DNA of 64,000 nucleotides from an uncultured Frankineae bacterium (GCA_902805775.1 CADCUB010000001.1:30234-94233); one strand, 5' to 3'; shown: positions 9,007 through 17,908, counted from the stretch's first letter. Notes: a model not told the origin generated them from the letters alone. Program-made: numbers and translations.

Positions 9007-10578
9007 GTGGAGATCGTCCCGTCCTCGGTGCTGGCGCCGGCCGCTCCCGTGGGGTCCCCGGTGCCGGCCGGTCCGCGTCCTGAGCGCGGTCCCGGGCTGC
9101 TGCTCCTGCTCGCCGGCGCCGTCCTGGCGGGCATGCTGCTCTACCTCTCCTTCCCCCCGGTCGGCGCCGAGTGGCTCGCACCGGCGGGCGTCGCGACGTT
9201 CGTGCTCGTCTGCCGCGGTGCGTCCGCCCGGCGCGGCGCGCTGCTCGGCCTGACCACCGGCCTGGCGTTCTTCCTCCCGCTCGTCGAGTGGACGGCGACC
9301 GTCGCCGGGCCGGCCGCGCTGGTCGCGCTCGCCCTGCTGCAGGCGGCCTTCGTCGCGGCTCTGGGGGCGGCGCTGCCCGGCGTGCTGCGCCTGCCGGCGT
9401 GGCCGCTGTGGGCCGCCGCGCTGGTCGTGCTGTCGGAGGCGCTGCGCTCACGGATCCCGTTCGGCGGCTTCCCCTGGGGCCGGCTGGCCTTCAGCCAGGG
9501 CGACAGCCTGCTCACGCCGCTCGCGGCGCTGGGCGGTGCGCCGTTCGTCAGCCTCGTCGTCGCGCTGCTCGGGACGGTGCTGGCCTGGACGCTGCTGCAG
9601 CTGCGCTCCCGCCGGCTGGTCGCTGCAGGAGTGCTCGTCGCGACCGTGGCCGGTGTGCTGGGCGGCAGCGCCCTGGTGCCCCTGCCGGTCGCCGGCGACC
9701 CCGTGCGGGTCGCCGTGGTGCAGGGCAACGTCCCGCGCCTGGGCCTGGCCTTCAACGCGCAGCGTGCGGCGGTCCTGGCCAACCACGTCGCGGCCACGCG
9801 CGCGCTCGCCGCCGACGTGCGGGCCGGCCGGGTGGAGCAGCCCGACCTCGTCCTGTGGCCCGAGAACGCCTCCGACATCGACCCCTTCACCGACGCCGGG
9901 GCGTACCGCCTGATCGACGAGGCGGTCCGCGACGTCGGGGTGCCGGTGCTGGTCGGCGCCGTCCTGCAGGGGCCGGGCGACAGGATCAGCAACGCGGGCG
10001 TGGTGTGGGACCCCGTCGACGGACCGGGAGCGCGCTACGTCAAGCGCCACCCGGTGCCCTTCGGGGAGTACGTCCCGCTGCGCTCCGTCCTGCGCCGCCT
10101 CACCGACAAGGTCGACCTCGTGCCCCGCGACTTCGCGGCCGGCGACGAGGTCGGGGTCCTGGACGTCGGTCCGGTGCGCCTGGGCGACGTCATCTGCTTC
10201 GAGGTGGCCTACGACGACCTCGTCCGCGACGTCGTCACCGGTGGAGGGCGGCTGGTGGTCGTGCAGACCAACAACGCGACCTTCGGCCGCAGCGGGGAGA
10301 CCACGCAGCAGCTGGCCATGGGCCGCCTGCGCGCGGTCGAGCACGGCCGGGCGGTCCTCGTCGCGGCGACCAGCGGCATCAGCGCGGTGATCGCCCCCGA
10401 CGGCGCCCTCGTCGACTCCGCGCCCGTGTTCACGCGCGAGGTGCTGTCCGCACAGGTGCCGACCCGCACCGGTACGACGCCGGCCACCCGCCTGGGAGCG
10501 CTGCCGGAGCTGGCCATCTGCCTGGCCGCCCTGGCGTCGGTGCTCCTGGCGGCCCGCCGGCGGCGGTCACCGACGTGA
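9007..10578 (+). CDS. lnt: apolipoprotein N-acyltransferase
   Basis: In-frame part of ORF 8536..10578. Multiple TM helices (LLLLLAGAVLAGMLLYLSFPP...), then RIPFGGFPWGRLAFSQ and a C-N hydrolase domain (VAVVQGNV, LVLWPENASD, VICFEVAYDDL). The start (GTG 9007) is uncertain by tens of codons. Confidence 0.85.
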   Translation: MEIVPSSVLAPAAPVGSPVPAGPRPERGPGLLLLLAGAVLAGMLLYLSFPPVGAEWLAPAGVATFVLVCRGASARRGALLGLTTGLAFFLPLVEWTATVAGPAALVALALLQAAFVAALGAALPGVLRLPAWPLWAAALVVLSEALRSRIPFGGFPWGRLAFSQGDSLLTPLAALGGAPFVSLVVALLGTVLAWTLLQLRSRRLVAAGVLVATVAGVLGGSALVPLPVAGDPVRVAVVQGNVPRLGLAFNAQRAAVLANHVAATRALAADVRAGRVEQPDLVLWPENASDIDPFTDAGAYRLIDEAVRDVGVPVLVGAVLQGPGDRISNAGVVWDPVDGPGARYVKRHPVPFGEYVPLRSVLRRLTDKVDLVPRDFAAGDEVGVLDVGPVRLGDVICFEVAYDDLVRDVVTGGGRLVVVQTNNATFGRSGETTQQLAMGRLRAVEHGRAVLVAATSGISAVIAPDGALVDSAPVFTREVLSAQVPTRTGTTPATRLGALPELAICLAALASVLLAARRRRSPT

Positions 10579-11327
10579 GCCGAGCCCTGGGGCGGGTGCT
10601 CGTCGTCGTGCCGACCTACGACGAGCGGGACAACCTCGCGCCGCTGGTCACCCGGCTGTTCGCAGCGGTGCCGGAGGCCGACCTGCTGGTCGTGGACGAC
10701 GCCAGCCCCGACGGGACCGGGGAGCTGGCCGACGAGCTGGCCGCTGCCGATCCGAGGATCTCCGTGCTGCACCGCGAGGGCAAGGCCGGGCTGGGCGCCG
10801 CCTACACCGCGGCCTTCGCCTGGGCGCGCGAGCACGGCTACGACGTCGTCGTGGAGATGGACGCCGACGGCTCCCACCTGCCCGAGCAGCTGCCCCGGCT
10901 GCTCACGGCGCTGCAGGACGCCGACCTCGTGCTCGGCTCCCGCTGGGTCCCGGGCGGGTCAGTCGTCAACTGGCCGCGCTCGCGCGAGCTGCTCAGCCGC
11001 GGGGGCAACGCCTACACCCGCACGCTGTTGGGGATGCCGCTGAAGGACGCCACGGGCGGCTTCCGCGCCTACCGCCGCAGCGTGCTCGACGAGCTGCCGC
11101 TGGCGCAGGTCGCCTCGCAGGGCTACTGCTTCCAGGTCGACCTCGCCTGGCGCACGTGGAAGGCCGGCTACGACGTCGTCGAGGTGCCGATCACCTTCGT
11201 CGAGCGGGAGCGGGGGGTGTCCAAGATGAGCCGCGACATCGTGCTCGAGGCGCTGTGGAGGGTGAGCTGGTGGGGACTGCGGCGGAGCCGCGGCCGTCGG
11301 GCGGTCCGCGTCCGGACGCAGGCCTAG
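10575..11327 (+). CDS. ppm1: polyprenol monophosphomannose synthase (GT2)
   Basis: GTG 10575 overlaps the lnt stop as GTGA. Motifs: VVVPTYDERDNL, VVDDASPDGT, EMDADGSH and GGFRAYRR. Position directly after lnt matches the known actinobacterial lnt-ppm1 pairing. Confidence 0.88.
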   Translation: MSRALGRVLVVVPTYDERDNLAPLVTRLFAAVPEADLLVVDDASPDGTGELADELAAADPRISVLHREGKAGLGAAYTAAFAWAREHGYDVVVEMDADGSHLPEQLPRLLTALQDADLVLGSRWVPGGSVVNWPRSRELLSRGGNAYTRTLLGMPLKDATGGFRAYRRSVLDELPLAQVASQGYCFQVDLAWRTWKAGYDVVEVPITFVERERGVSKMSRDIVLEALWRVSWWGLRRSRGRRAVRVRTQA

Positions 11328-11329
11328 CC

Positions 11330-11869
11330 GTGCCGGCCCTGCTCGTGGCGGCCCTGGTGGTCGTCCCCCTCGTCGAGATCTACGTGCTGCTGCAGGTCGG
11401 GCAGCTGCTCGGTGTGCTGCCGACCGTGCTCCTGCTGGTCGTCATGTCGCTGCTCGGGGCGTGGCTGCTGCGGCGCGAGGGCGCACGCACGTGGCGGGCG
11501 TTCGCCGAGGCGCTGGCCCGAGGTCGACTGCCCGCGGCGGAGGTGGCCGACGGTGCACTGGTCATCTTCGGCGGGGCGCTGCTGCTCACCCCCGGCTTCG
11601 CGACCGACGCCCTGGGGCTGCTGTGCGTGGTGCCGCTGAGCCGAGCGGTCCTGCGCCGCCTGCTCACGCGCGTCGTCGCCCGACGCCTGACCGGCTACGG
11701 GCTCCTCGGTGGGTTGGCGGCCGGCGGGCTCTCGGGCGGCAGCCGCCCGGGCGGGAGCCGGGTCCGCCCGCCGCGACGCCGTCCCGGTCCCGGCCCGGGC
11801 CCGGGTGAGGTGGTCGACGGCGAGGTCGTCCGCGGTCCCGACGACCCGCCCGCGCCCCACGGGCGGTGA
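11330..11869 (+). CDS. fxsA: FxsA family membrane protein
   Basis: GTG 11330, in-frame part of ORF 11156..11869. PLVEIYVLLQVGQLLG...LLGAWLLRREG...ALVIFGGALLLTPGFATDALGLLCVVP is the FxsA signature. The C-terminal tail is Gly/Pro/Arg-rich. Confidence 0.8.
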   Translation: MPALLVAALVVVPLVEIYVLLQVGQLLGVLPTVLLLVVMSLLGAWLLRREGARTWRAFAEALARGRLPAAEVADGALVIFGGALLLTPGFATDALGLLCVVPLSRAVLRRLLTRVVARRLTGYGLLGGLAAGGLSGGSRPGGSRVRPPRRRPGPGPGPGEVVDGEVVRGPDDPPAPHGR

Positions 11870-11898
11870 GCGGCCGCTCGCGTCCCGTGGGCGGCCGC
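11870..11898 (+). terminator. possible stem-loop terminator after fxsA
   Basis: GCGGCCGC (11870-11877) and GCGGCCGC (11891-11898) are self-complementary, giving an 8-bp GC stem with a 13-nt loop immediately after the TGA. There is no T-tract, which is common in high-GC actinobacteria. Confidence 0.3.
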
Positions 11899-11969
11899 GG
11901 TGCAGCGAGGCACACGGCGTCATGTCATGCTGACCGTGGGCGACCGGGACGAGCAGCGACGGGAGGACC

Positions 11970-13112
11970 GTGCCCTCCAGCGACGACCGAGCGGACGACT
12001 GCTCCGCAGGGCCTCCGGACCTGCTGCGTGACCGGGCCCGGCTCCGCGCGCTCCTCGACTACCGCGCGGCCGGTCCCCTGGCCGACCCCGGGCTCGACGT
12101 CGACCGGCTGCTGGAGCGGTTGAGCCTCGAGCTGCGCACGCAGCTCAACGCCGTCCTCGGGTTCGCGCAGCTGCTGCGGCTCGACGTCAGCGAGGGTGAC
12201 CGCCAGGCGGCCGTCGACGAGATCCTGCGGGCGGGCGGCGAGCTGCAGGTGGTGCTGGCCCGGCTGGTCGGCGGCGGGGAGCTGCCGGCCCCGCTGGCCG
12301 CCGCCGCGCCCGTCGACCTGCGGGAGGTGACCCGCAGCGCGGTGGCGGGGACGACGTCCGCCGCCGGACCGCGGGTCGAGGTGCGGGAGGACCCGACACC
12401 CGGCCCGGACGTGCTGATCTCCGCCGACCCGGACCTGCTCGACGCGGTCGTGCGGGAGGCGGTGCAGGCCGCCGTCCGCCGGGCGCGTTCCACCGTCTCC
12501 TGGTCCTGCGTGCCCGGGCAGGGCCGTGCCGTGCTGACGCTGGTCGCCGACGGCCCGCCCGCGCACGGCGCCTCGGCGCCGACGGACCTGGGCCTGGCCG
12601 TCGCCCGTCGGCTGGCCGGCCTGCTCGAGGGCAGCCTGTCGACGGTGCCGCGGCCGGACGGCGAGCCGGTCCTGGTGCTCGAGCTGCCGGGCGCCGGAGC
12701 CGAGCCGTCGGCCGCTGCTCCGGCGCCGGCCGACCTGTCGGTGCTCTACGTCGAGGACAACGACTCCAACGTGCGGCTGGTCGAGCGGCTGCTCGCGCGC
12801 CGGCCGGGCACCTCGCTGCACGTGGCCCGCACGGGGGAGGAGGGCCTGGCCCTCGCGCGCTCCCGGCGGCCCGACCTGGTCCTGCTCGACCTGCACCTGC
12901 CCGACCTGCCCGGCGAGGAGGTCCTGGACCGGCTGCTCGCCGAGCAGGGCCTGCCGGTCGCGGTCCTGAGCGCGGACGCCCTGCCGGCCAGGGTCGACGA
13001 GGTGCTCGGCCGCGGCGCCGTCGCCTACCTCACCAAGCCGCTGGTCGTCGCAGAGCTCTACGCCGTGCTCGACGCCGTGCAGGCGCGGCGCCACGGGGAG
13101 CAGGCGTCCTGA
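11970..13112 (+). CDS. degenerate histidine-kinase-like domain fused to an intact receiver domain
   Basis: 380 aa. The HisKA-like helix LSLELRTQLNAVLGFAQLL has Leu where the phospho-His sits in the neighbouring kinase (MSHELRTPLNAILGFGQLL). The N-box Asn and G1/G2 glycines are also missing. The C-terminal REC looks intact (VLYVEDND, LVLLDLHLPD, VLSAD, YLTKP). Confidence 0.8.
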   Translation: MPSSDDRADDCSAGPPDLLRDRARLRALLDYRAAGPLADPGLDVDRLLERLSLELRTQLNAVLGFAQLLRLDVSEGDRQAAVDEILRAGGELQVVLARLVGGGELPAPLAAAAPVDLREVTRSAVAGTTSAAGPRVEVREDPTPGPDVLISADPDLLDAVVREAVQAAVRRARSTVSWSCVPGQGRAVLTLVADGPPAHGASAPTDLGLAVARRLAGLLEGSLSTVPRPDGEPVLVLELPGAGAEPSAAAPAPADLSVLYVEDNDSNVRLVERLLARRPGTSLHVARTGEEGLALARSRRPDLVLLDLHLPDLPGEEVLDRLLAEQGLPVAVLSADALPARVDEVLGRGAVAYLTKPLVVAELYAVLDAVQARRHGEQAS

Positions 13113-13117
13113 CCGCG

Positions 13118-14161
13118 TTGCTGAGCGCGGCCCACCCGACCGCGCAGCTGCTCGTCGTCGACGACGAGCCGGCCAACCTCGACCTGATGCGCCAGGTGCT
13201 GACGCGCGCGGGGTACGAGCGCGTGACCTGCTCGGGCGACCCGCGGGACGCGCTGGAGCGCCTGGACGACCTGGCGCCCGACCTCGTCCTGCTCGACCTG
13301 CACATGCCCGTCCTGGACGGCTTCGCGGTGCTCGAGCAGCTGGCCGAGCGGGTGCCGGCCGAGCAGTACCTGCCCCGGCTGGTCATCACCGCCGACTCGA
13401 CGCCGCAGACGCGCCGCCGCGCCCTGTCGCTCGGCGCGCACGACTTCCTCACCAAGCCGATCGACGTGGTCGAGACCACGCTGCGGGTCGCGAACCTGCT
13501 GCACACCCGTGCGCTGCACACCAGCCTGCAGGAGCACAACGCCCAGCTCGAGCAGGCGGTCCGGCTCCGCACCTGGGAGCTCGAGCGCGCGCAGCACGAC
13601 GTGACGGTGCGCCTGGGCCGGGTCGCGGAGTACCGGGACGACGACACCGCCGAGCACACCAACCGCGTCGGCGCGACGGCCGCCGCACTCGCCCGGGCCG
13701 TCGGCCTGCCGCCGGACGAGGTGGAGCTGGTGGCCGCCGCGGCCCCGCTGCACGACATCGGCAAGGTCGCCGTCCCCGACGCCGTCCTGCTCAAGCCCGG
13801 CCCGCTGACCGACGACGAGCGCGCCGTCATGCGCACGCACGCCCTCATCGGCGCGCGCATCCTCAGCGGCGGCAGCTCGCGGCTGGTGCGGCTCGCGGAG
13901 GAGATGGCGCTGTCGCACCACGAGCGGTGGGACGGCGGCGGCTACCCGTCCGGCCTGGCGGGGGAGGCGATCCCGCTCGGTGGCCGACTGGTGGCGGTGG
14001 CGGACGTCTTCGACGCGCTGATCAGCCCCCGCCCGTACAAGGACGCCTGGCCGGTCGAGCGGGCGGTCGCCACGATGCGGTCCGAGCGCGGGCGGCACTT
14101 CGACCCGCAGCTGCTCGACCTGTTCCTGGCCGAGCTGCACCACCACAGCCCCGGGGAGTGA
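13118..14161 (+). CDS. response regulator with HD-GYP output domain (RpfG-like, probable c-di-GMP phosphodiesterase)
   Basis: 347 aa with TTG start. REC motifs: LLVVDDEP, LVLLDLHMPVLDG, TKP. HD-GYP motifs: HTNRV, PLHDIGKVAVPD, THALIGARIL, HHERWDGGGYP. Confidence 0.88.
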   Translation: MLSAAHPTAQLLVVDDEPANLDLMRQVLTRAGYERVTCSGDPRDALERLDDLAPDLVLLDLHMPVLDGFAVLEQLAERVPAEQYLPRLVITADSTPQTRRRALSLGAHDFLTKPIDVVETTLRVANLLHTRALHTSLQEHNAQLEQAVRLRTWELERAQHDVTVRLGRVAEYRDDDTAEHTNRVGATAAALARAVGLPPDEVELVAAAAPLHDIGKVAVPDAVLLKPGPLTDDERAVMRTHALIGARILSGGSSRLVRLAEEMALSHHERWDGGGYPSGLAGEAIPLGGRLVAVADVFDALISPRPYKDAWPVERAVATMRSERGRHFDPQLLDLFLAELHHHSPGE

Positions 14162-14167
14162 GCCCGG

Positions 14168-15544
14168 TCAGGACGGCGGCGGAGGTGCTTCCGGCAGGGC
14201 CACGGTGAAGGTCGTGCCGAGCCCGGGCCGGCTGTCGACCTCGAGCTGACCGCCCATGGCGACGACGAGGTGCCGGGCGACGACCAGTCCCAGGCCGGTC
14301 CCGCCGACCCCGGTGGTCGGCGCGCTCAGCCTCTCGAACGGGGTGAACAGCCGGTCGACGTCGTCGGCGGACATCCCGGCCCCGGTGTCGCGCACGGCCA
14401 GGCGGACGGCGTCGGGACTGCGGCTGACCGACAGCACCAGCTCGCCCCCCGGCCGGTTGTACTTGACGGCGTTCGACACGAGGTTGACGAGGACCTGCCG
14501 GAGCCGGGAGCGGTCGGCGAGCACTCTCGTGCGCTCGCCTGCGGTCCTGTCCTCCACCGTCAGGGAGCGGGCCTGCGCGAGCGGCTGCATCATGGCGAGC
14601 ACCTCGGCGCACAGGTCGGCGACCGGCAGCGCCGCGACCTCCAGGTGCAGCTCACCCGCCTCGATCCGGCCGATGTCGAGCAGCTCGTCCACGAGGGTGA
14701 CCAGGTGCCGGCCGGCCGCCAGGATCTGCTCCACGGACTCGGCGGTGCCGGCGTCCGACGCCTCCAGCTCGAGGAGCTGGCCGAAGCCGAGGATCGCGTT
14801 CAGCGGCGTCCGCAGCTCGTGGCTCATCCGCGACAGGAACGTGCTCTTCTCCTGGCTCACCGCTGCCAGCCCGCGCTTCTCGCGCAGCCGCACGGTCTCC
14901 ATGCGCTCCACCATGCCGGACAGCAGCGTGTCCGCGGCTGCGGCGGCCTCCGCTGCCGTCGGCGGACGGACGCCGGACGACGGCGCCAGGCGGGCGGCCA
15001 CGGCCGCCGCGTCCGGGTGCGCGCTGCGCTCCACCGCCTCTCGTACGACCTGCGCGGCCGCCGACGCCACCTGCGGGTCGACGCTCCACACGACGTCGAA
15101 CAGCCGGTCGGCCTCCAGCAGCGGCTCGTCGCGGCGGCCGTGCGCGTCCCCGTCGAGGCCGCACAGGGTGATCGCCAGGCCCGGACCGACCGCGAGCACG
15201 AACCACTCCTGTGCCAGCGGGTCGCCGGTGCGCAGCCGCAGCCCGACGTGGTCGACGTCGTCGCTCAACGGCTCCTGCCCGGCGAAGACCGCGATGACGT
15301 CGTTGTCGCCGGCGAGCCCGAGGTAGCGGTCGCGCTCGACCGCCCAGTGCCGGCCGTGCTGGAAGCCCGACACGAGCACGCAGCGCTCCGGCGAGCGCTC
15401 CACCAGCGTCTCCACCAGGTGGCTGCAGGCGACCAGCGTCGCCTTGGTCGCCCGCATCACCGGCAGGTCGGGGTGCACCTCGCGCAGGCGGTCGAACAGG
15501 GAGTCCTCGACGGGGAGCCGGCCGCGCGCCGGCATGCGGGTCAT
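14168..15544 (-). CDS. cytoplasmic sensor histidine kinase with N-terminal DICT-like sensory domain
   Basis: 458 aa with no TM helix. The N-terminal VLVSGFQHGRHWAVERDRYLGLA pattern resembles the DICT domain (recalled, not verified). HisKA SHELRTPLNAILG and HATPase motifs NLVSNAVKY, DTGAGM, GTGLGL are present. It is convergent with the HD-GYP gene across a 6-nt gap. Confidence 0.88.
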   Translation of the reverse strand: MTRMPARGRLPVEDSLFDRLREVHPDLPVMRATKATLVACSHLVETLVERSPERCVLVSGFQHGRHWAVERDRYLGLAGDNDVIAVFAGQEPLSDDVDHVGLRLRTGDPLAQEWFVLAVGPGLAITLCGLDGDAHGRRDEPLLEADRLFDVVWSVDPQVASAAAQVVREAVERSAHPDAAAVAARLAPSSGVRPPTAAEAAAAADTLLSGMVERMETVRLREKRGLAAVSQEKSTFLSRMSHELRTPLNAILGFGQLLELEASDAGTAESVEQILAAGRHLVTLVDELLDIGRIEAGELHLEVAALPVADLCAEVLAMMQPLAQARSLTVEDRTAGERTRVLADRSRLRQVLVNLVSNAVKYNRPGGELVLSVSRSPDAVRLAVRDTGAGMSADDVDRLFTPFERLSAPTTGVGGTGLGLVVARHLVVAMGGQLEVDSRPGLGTTFTVALPEAPPPPS

Positions 15545-15660
15545 GCTCGGCAGTCTGACGCCTGATGCGCAGCGCAGTCACCTCGGCACGCTGCGACACC
15601 GGAGCTGCGGCACCGGCGGGCGCAGGACGGGTGGCCGTCCCCCTGCCGCGACAGCACGAC

Positions 15661-15686
15661 GGGCCGCCCCCGGAAGGGGGCGGCCC
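15661..15686 (-). terminator. stem-loop terminator downstream of rbpA
   Basis: Perfect hairpin GGGCCGCCCCC-GGAA-GGGGGCGGCCC (11-bp stem, 4-nt loop), 23 nt after the rbpA stop codon. Confidence 0.7.
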
Positions 15687-15708
15687 GTCGATGACGTGCG
15701 CGGAGCTG

Positions 15709-16095
15709 CTAGGCGCTCTTCTTGTCCTTGGCGCGCTCGCTCTTCAGCGCGGCCTTGACCTTGCCCTGGTGCTCGTGCAGGACGGCCAGGCGCTCGGCGA
15801 GGACCTCCTCGAGCTCCTCGGTGGAGCGGCGCTCGAGCAGCATGTCCCAGTGGGTGCGGGCCGGCTTGCCCTTCTTCTCCTCGGGCGGCGCACCGTCGCG
15901 CAGCAGCGCGGGGGCGCCGCACACCTTGCACTCCCACGTCGAGGGGATGTCGGCCTCTGCGGCGAAGGGCACCGCGGTCTCGTGGCCGCTCGGGCAGTCG
16001 TACACCGTGCGCAGACGAGGCGCGAACTCGGTGTGGCGGTCGCTCTCGTAGCTCACAGCTCCGAGGCGAGTGCCTCGCAGAACGCGGTCGCTCAT
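15709..16095 (-). CDS. rbpA: RNA polymerase-binding protein RbpA
   Basis: Internal ATG of ORF 15709..16161 gives MSDRVLRGTRLGAVSYESDR...YDCPSGHETAVPFAAEADIPSTWECKVCG...RTHWDMLLERRS.EELEE.L, the RbpA core and sigma-interaction region. GGGAGG lies 5-10 nt upstream of this ATG. Confidence 0.92.
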   Translation of the reverse strand: MSDRVLRGTRLGAVSYESDRHTEFAPRLRTVYDCPSGHETAVPFAAEADIPSTWECKVCGAPALLRDGAPPEEKKGKPARTHWDMLLERRSTEELEEVLAERLAVLHEHQGKVKAALKSERAKDKKSA

Positions 16096-16128
16096 GGTGC
16101 CTCCCGGGTCAGGACGTCTGCTCGTGTC

Positions 16129-16154
16129 AACGTCCAGAGCCCCCTTGCGATTCC
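16129..16154 (-). promoter_or_regulatory. candidate sigma-R/sigma-H-type (ECF) promoter of rbpA
   Basis: On the minus strand, GGAAT (16154-16150), 18 nt, then GTT (16131-16129) exactly fits the GGAAT-N18-GTT consensus. The GTT lies about 33 nt upstream of the rbpA ATG. Confidence 0.55.
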
Positions 16155-16410
16155 CCCTCACCTGCGGCCGAACACTGCCCCAGCCGGGTGAGAGCCGGGC
16201 CGGGCGGCTCGAGGGACGGCTCTGCGGACCGTCGCTGCGCAGCCGGGCTCGTGAGCAGCGCCGACGCCCAGAACGCGCCGTCCCGGCCTCGCGCGACGGT
16301 GGCGGAGGTCACGTGCGCCGGGGATGCCGCTCCCGGCCGCGCTGGAACAATGGTCTTCGCGCAGCGCGTTCTGGCTGTGGAGTCGTGCCGTCGATCGTGG
16401 GGAGTGCCCG

Positions 16411-17907
16411 GTGTCCGACCAGCAGACGAGCGGGCGGCCGTTGCGGGTCGCCATCGTCGGCGCAGGGCCTGCGGGCATCTACGCCGCCGACGTCCTGATG
16501 AAGTCCGGCACCGACGTGTCCATCGACCTGTTCGAGCGCCAGCCGGCACCGTTCGGCCTGATCCGCTACGGGGTCGCCCCGGACCACCCGCGCATCAAGG
16601 GCATCGTCAAGGCCCTGCACCAGGTGCTGTCGAAGCCGCAGGTCCGGCTGCTCGGCAACATCGAGTACGGCGTCGACGTCAAGCTCGACGAGCTGCGGCG
16701 CTACTACGACGCTGTCGTGTTCACGACCGGCGCCGAGAAGGACCGCGACCTCGACGTGCCGGGGGTCGACCTGCCCGGCAGCTTCGGCGGCGCGGAGTTC
16801 GTCTCCTGGTTCGACGGCCACCCGGACGTGCCGCGCGAGTGGCCCCTGGAGGCGGAGTCGATCGCTGTCGTCGGTGCCGGCAACGTCGGCCTCGACGTCG
16901 CCCGGATGCTCTCGAAGACCGCCGACGAGCTGCTCGTCACCGAGATCCCGGACAACGTCTACCAGGGCCTCAGGGCCAGCCCCGTGCGGGAGGTCCACGT
17001 CTTCGCCCGACGCGGTCCGGCGCAGGCCAAGTTCACGCCGCTCGAGCTGCGCGAGCTGGACCACTCGCCCAACGTCGAGGTGCTCGTCAACCCCGAGGAC
17101 ATCGAGTACGACGACGGCTCCATCGCCGCGATCAACTCCGACAACCAGACCAAGCTGGTCGTCCGCGAGCTCGAGAAGTACGCGATGCGCACCGCCGACA
17201 AGGGCGAGGGCGAGCGCCCCCGCAAGCTGTGGCTGCACTTCTTCGAGTCGCCCGTCGAGATCCTCGGCGACGGCAAGGTCGAGGCCTTCCGGACCGAGCG
17301 CACCGAGCTCACCGGCGACGGCGGCGTCCAGGGCACCGGCGTCACTCGGGACTGGCCGGTGCAGGCGGTCTACCGGTGCGTCGGCTACCGCTCGACCGAG
17401 CTGCCGGGCCTGCCCTGGGACAGCCGCAACCACGTCGTGCCGCACGCCGCCGGACGGGTGCTGGACCTGGACGGGGCACCGCTGCCGGGCGTCTACGTCA
17501 ACGGTTGGGTCAAGCGCGGTCCGGTCGGCCTGATCGGCCACACCAAGGGTGATGCCATCGAGACGGTCGGCTCGATGCTCGAGGACCTCGGCAGCCTGCC
17601 GGCGGCCGCCGAGCCCGCTCCCGAGGCGGTGCTGGAGTTCTTGCACGCCCGCGGCATCGAGTACACGACGTGGGAGGGCTGGCAGCTGCTCGACGCGCAC
17701 GAGCTGGCGCTCGGTGAGGCGTACGGGCTGGTCGGCGAGCAGGCGCGCGAGCGGATCAAGGTCGTCGACCGACGGACGATGATCGACGTCTCGCGCGCCG
17801 TCGAGGCGGTGCAGGCGGGGGAGCCCGGCGCCGAGCGTCAGCTCGACGAGGCGCTGGAGCGGGCCGACGAGCAGATCGAGGCCGCTCTGGAGGCCTCGCA
17901 GGCCTGA
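16411..17907 (+). CDS. fprA: NADPH-ferredoxin reductase (adrenodoxin-reductase-like)
   Basis: GTG 16411, in-frame part of ORF 16324..17907, with GGGGAG upstream. Motifs: VAIVGAGPAGIYAA, FGLIRYGVAPDHPRIK, IAVVGAGNVGLDVARML and NGWVKRGPVGLIGHTK. Confidence 0.88.
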   Translation: MSDQQTSGRPLRVAIVGAGPAGIYAADVLMKSGTDVSIDLFERQPAPFGLIRYGVAPDHPRIKGIVKALHQVLSKPQVRLLGNIEYGVDVKLDELRRYYDAVVFTTGAEKDRDLDVPGVDLPGSFGGAEFVSWFDGHPDVPREWPLEAESIAVVGAGNVGLDVARMLSKTADELLVTEIPDNVYQGLRASPVREVHVFARRGPAQAKFTPLELRELDHSPNVEVLVNPEDIEYDDGSIAAINSDNQTKLVVRELEKYAMRTADKGEGERPRKLWLHFFESPVEILGDGKVEAFRTERTELTGDGGVQGTGVTRDWPVQAVYRCVGYRSTELPGLPWDSRNHVVPHAAGRVLDLDGAPLPGVYVNGWVKRGPVGLIGHTKGDAIETVGSMLEDLGSLPAAAEPAPEAVLEFLHARGIEYTTWEGWQLLDAHELALGEAYGLVGEQARERIKVVDRRTMIDVSRAVEAVQAGEPGAERQLDEALERADEQIEAALEASQA

Positions 17908-17908
17908 G

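Noticed and set aside
15709-16161. Long form of rbpA starting at 16161
   Set aside because: The extra 22 residues (MRGNRKGALDVDTSRRPDPGGT) are not RbpA-like. The ATG at 16095 has a GGGAGG RBS and gives the conserved MSDRVLRG N-terminus. The candidate promoter would also lie inside the long form.
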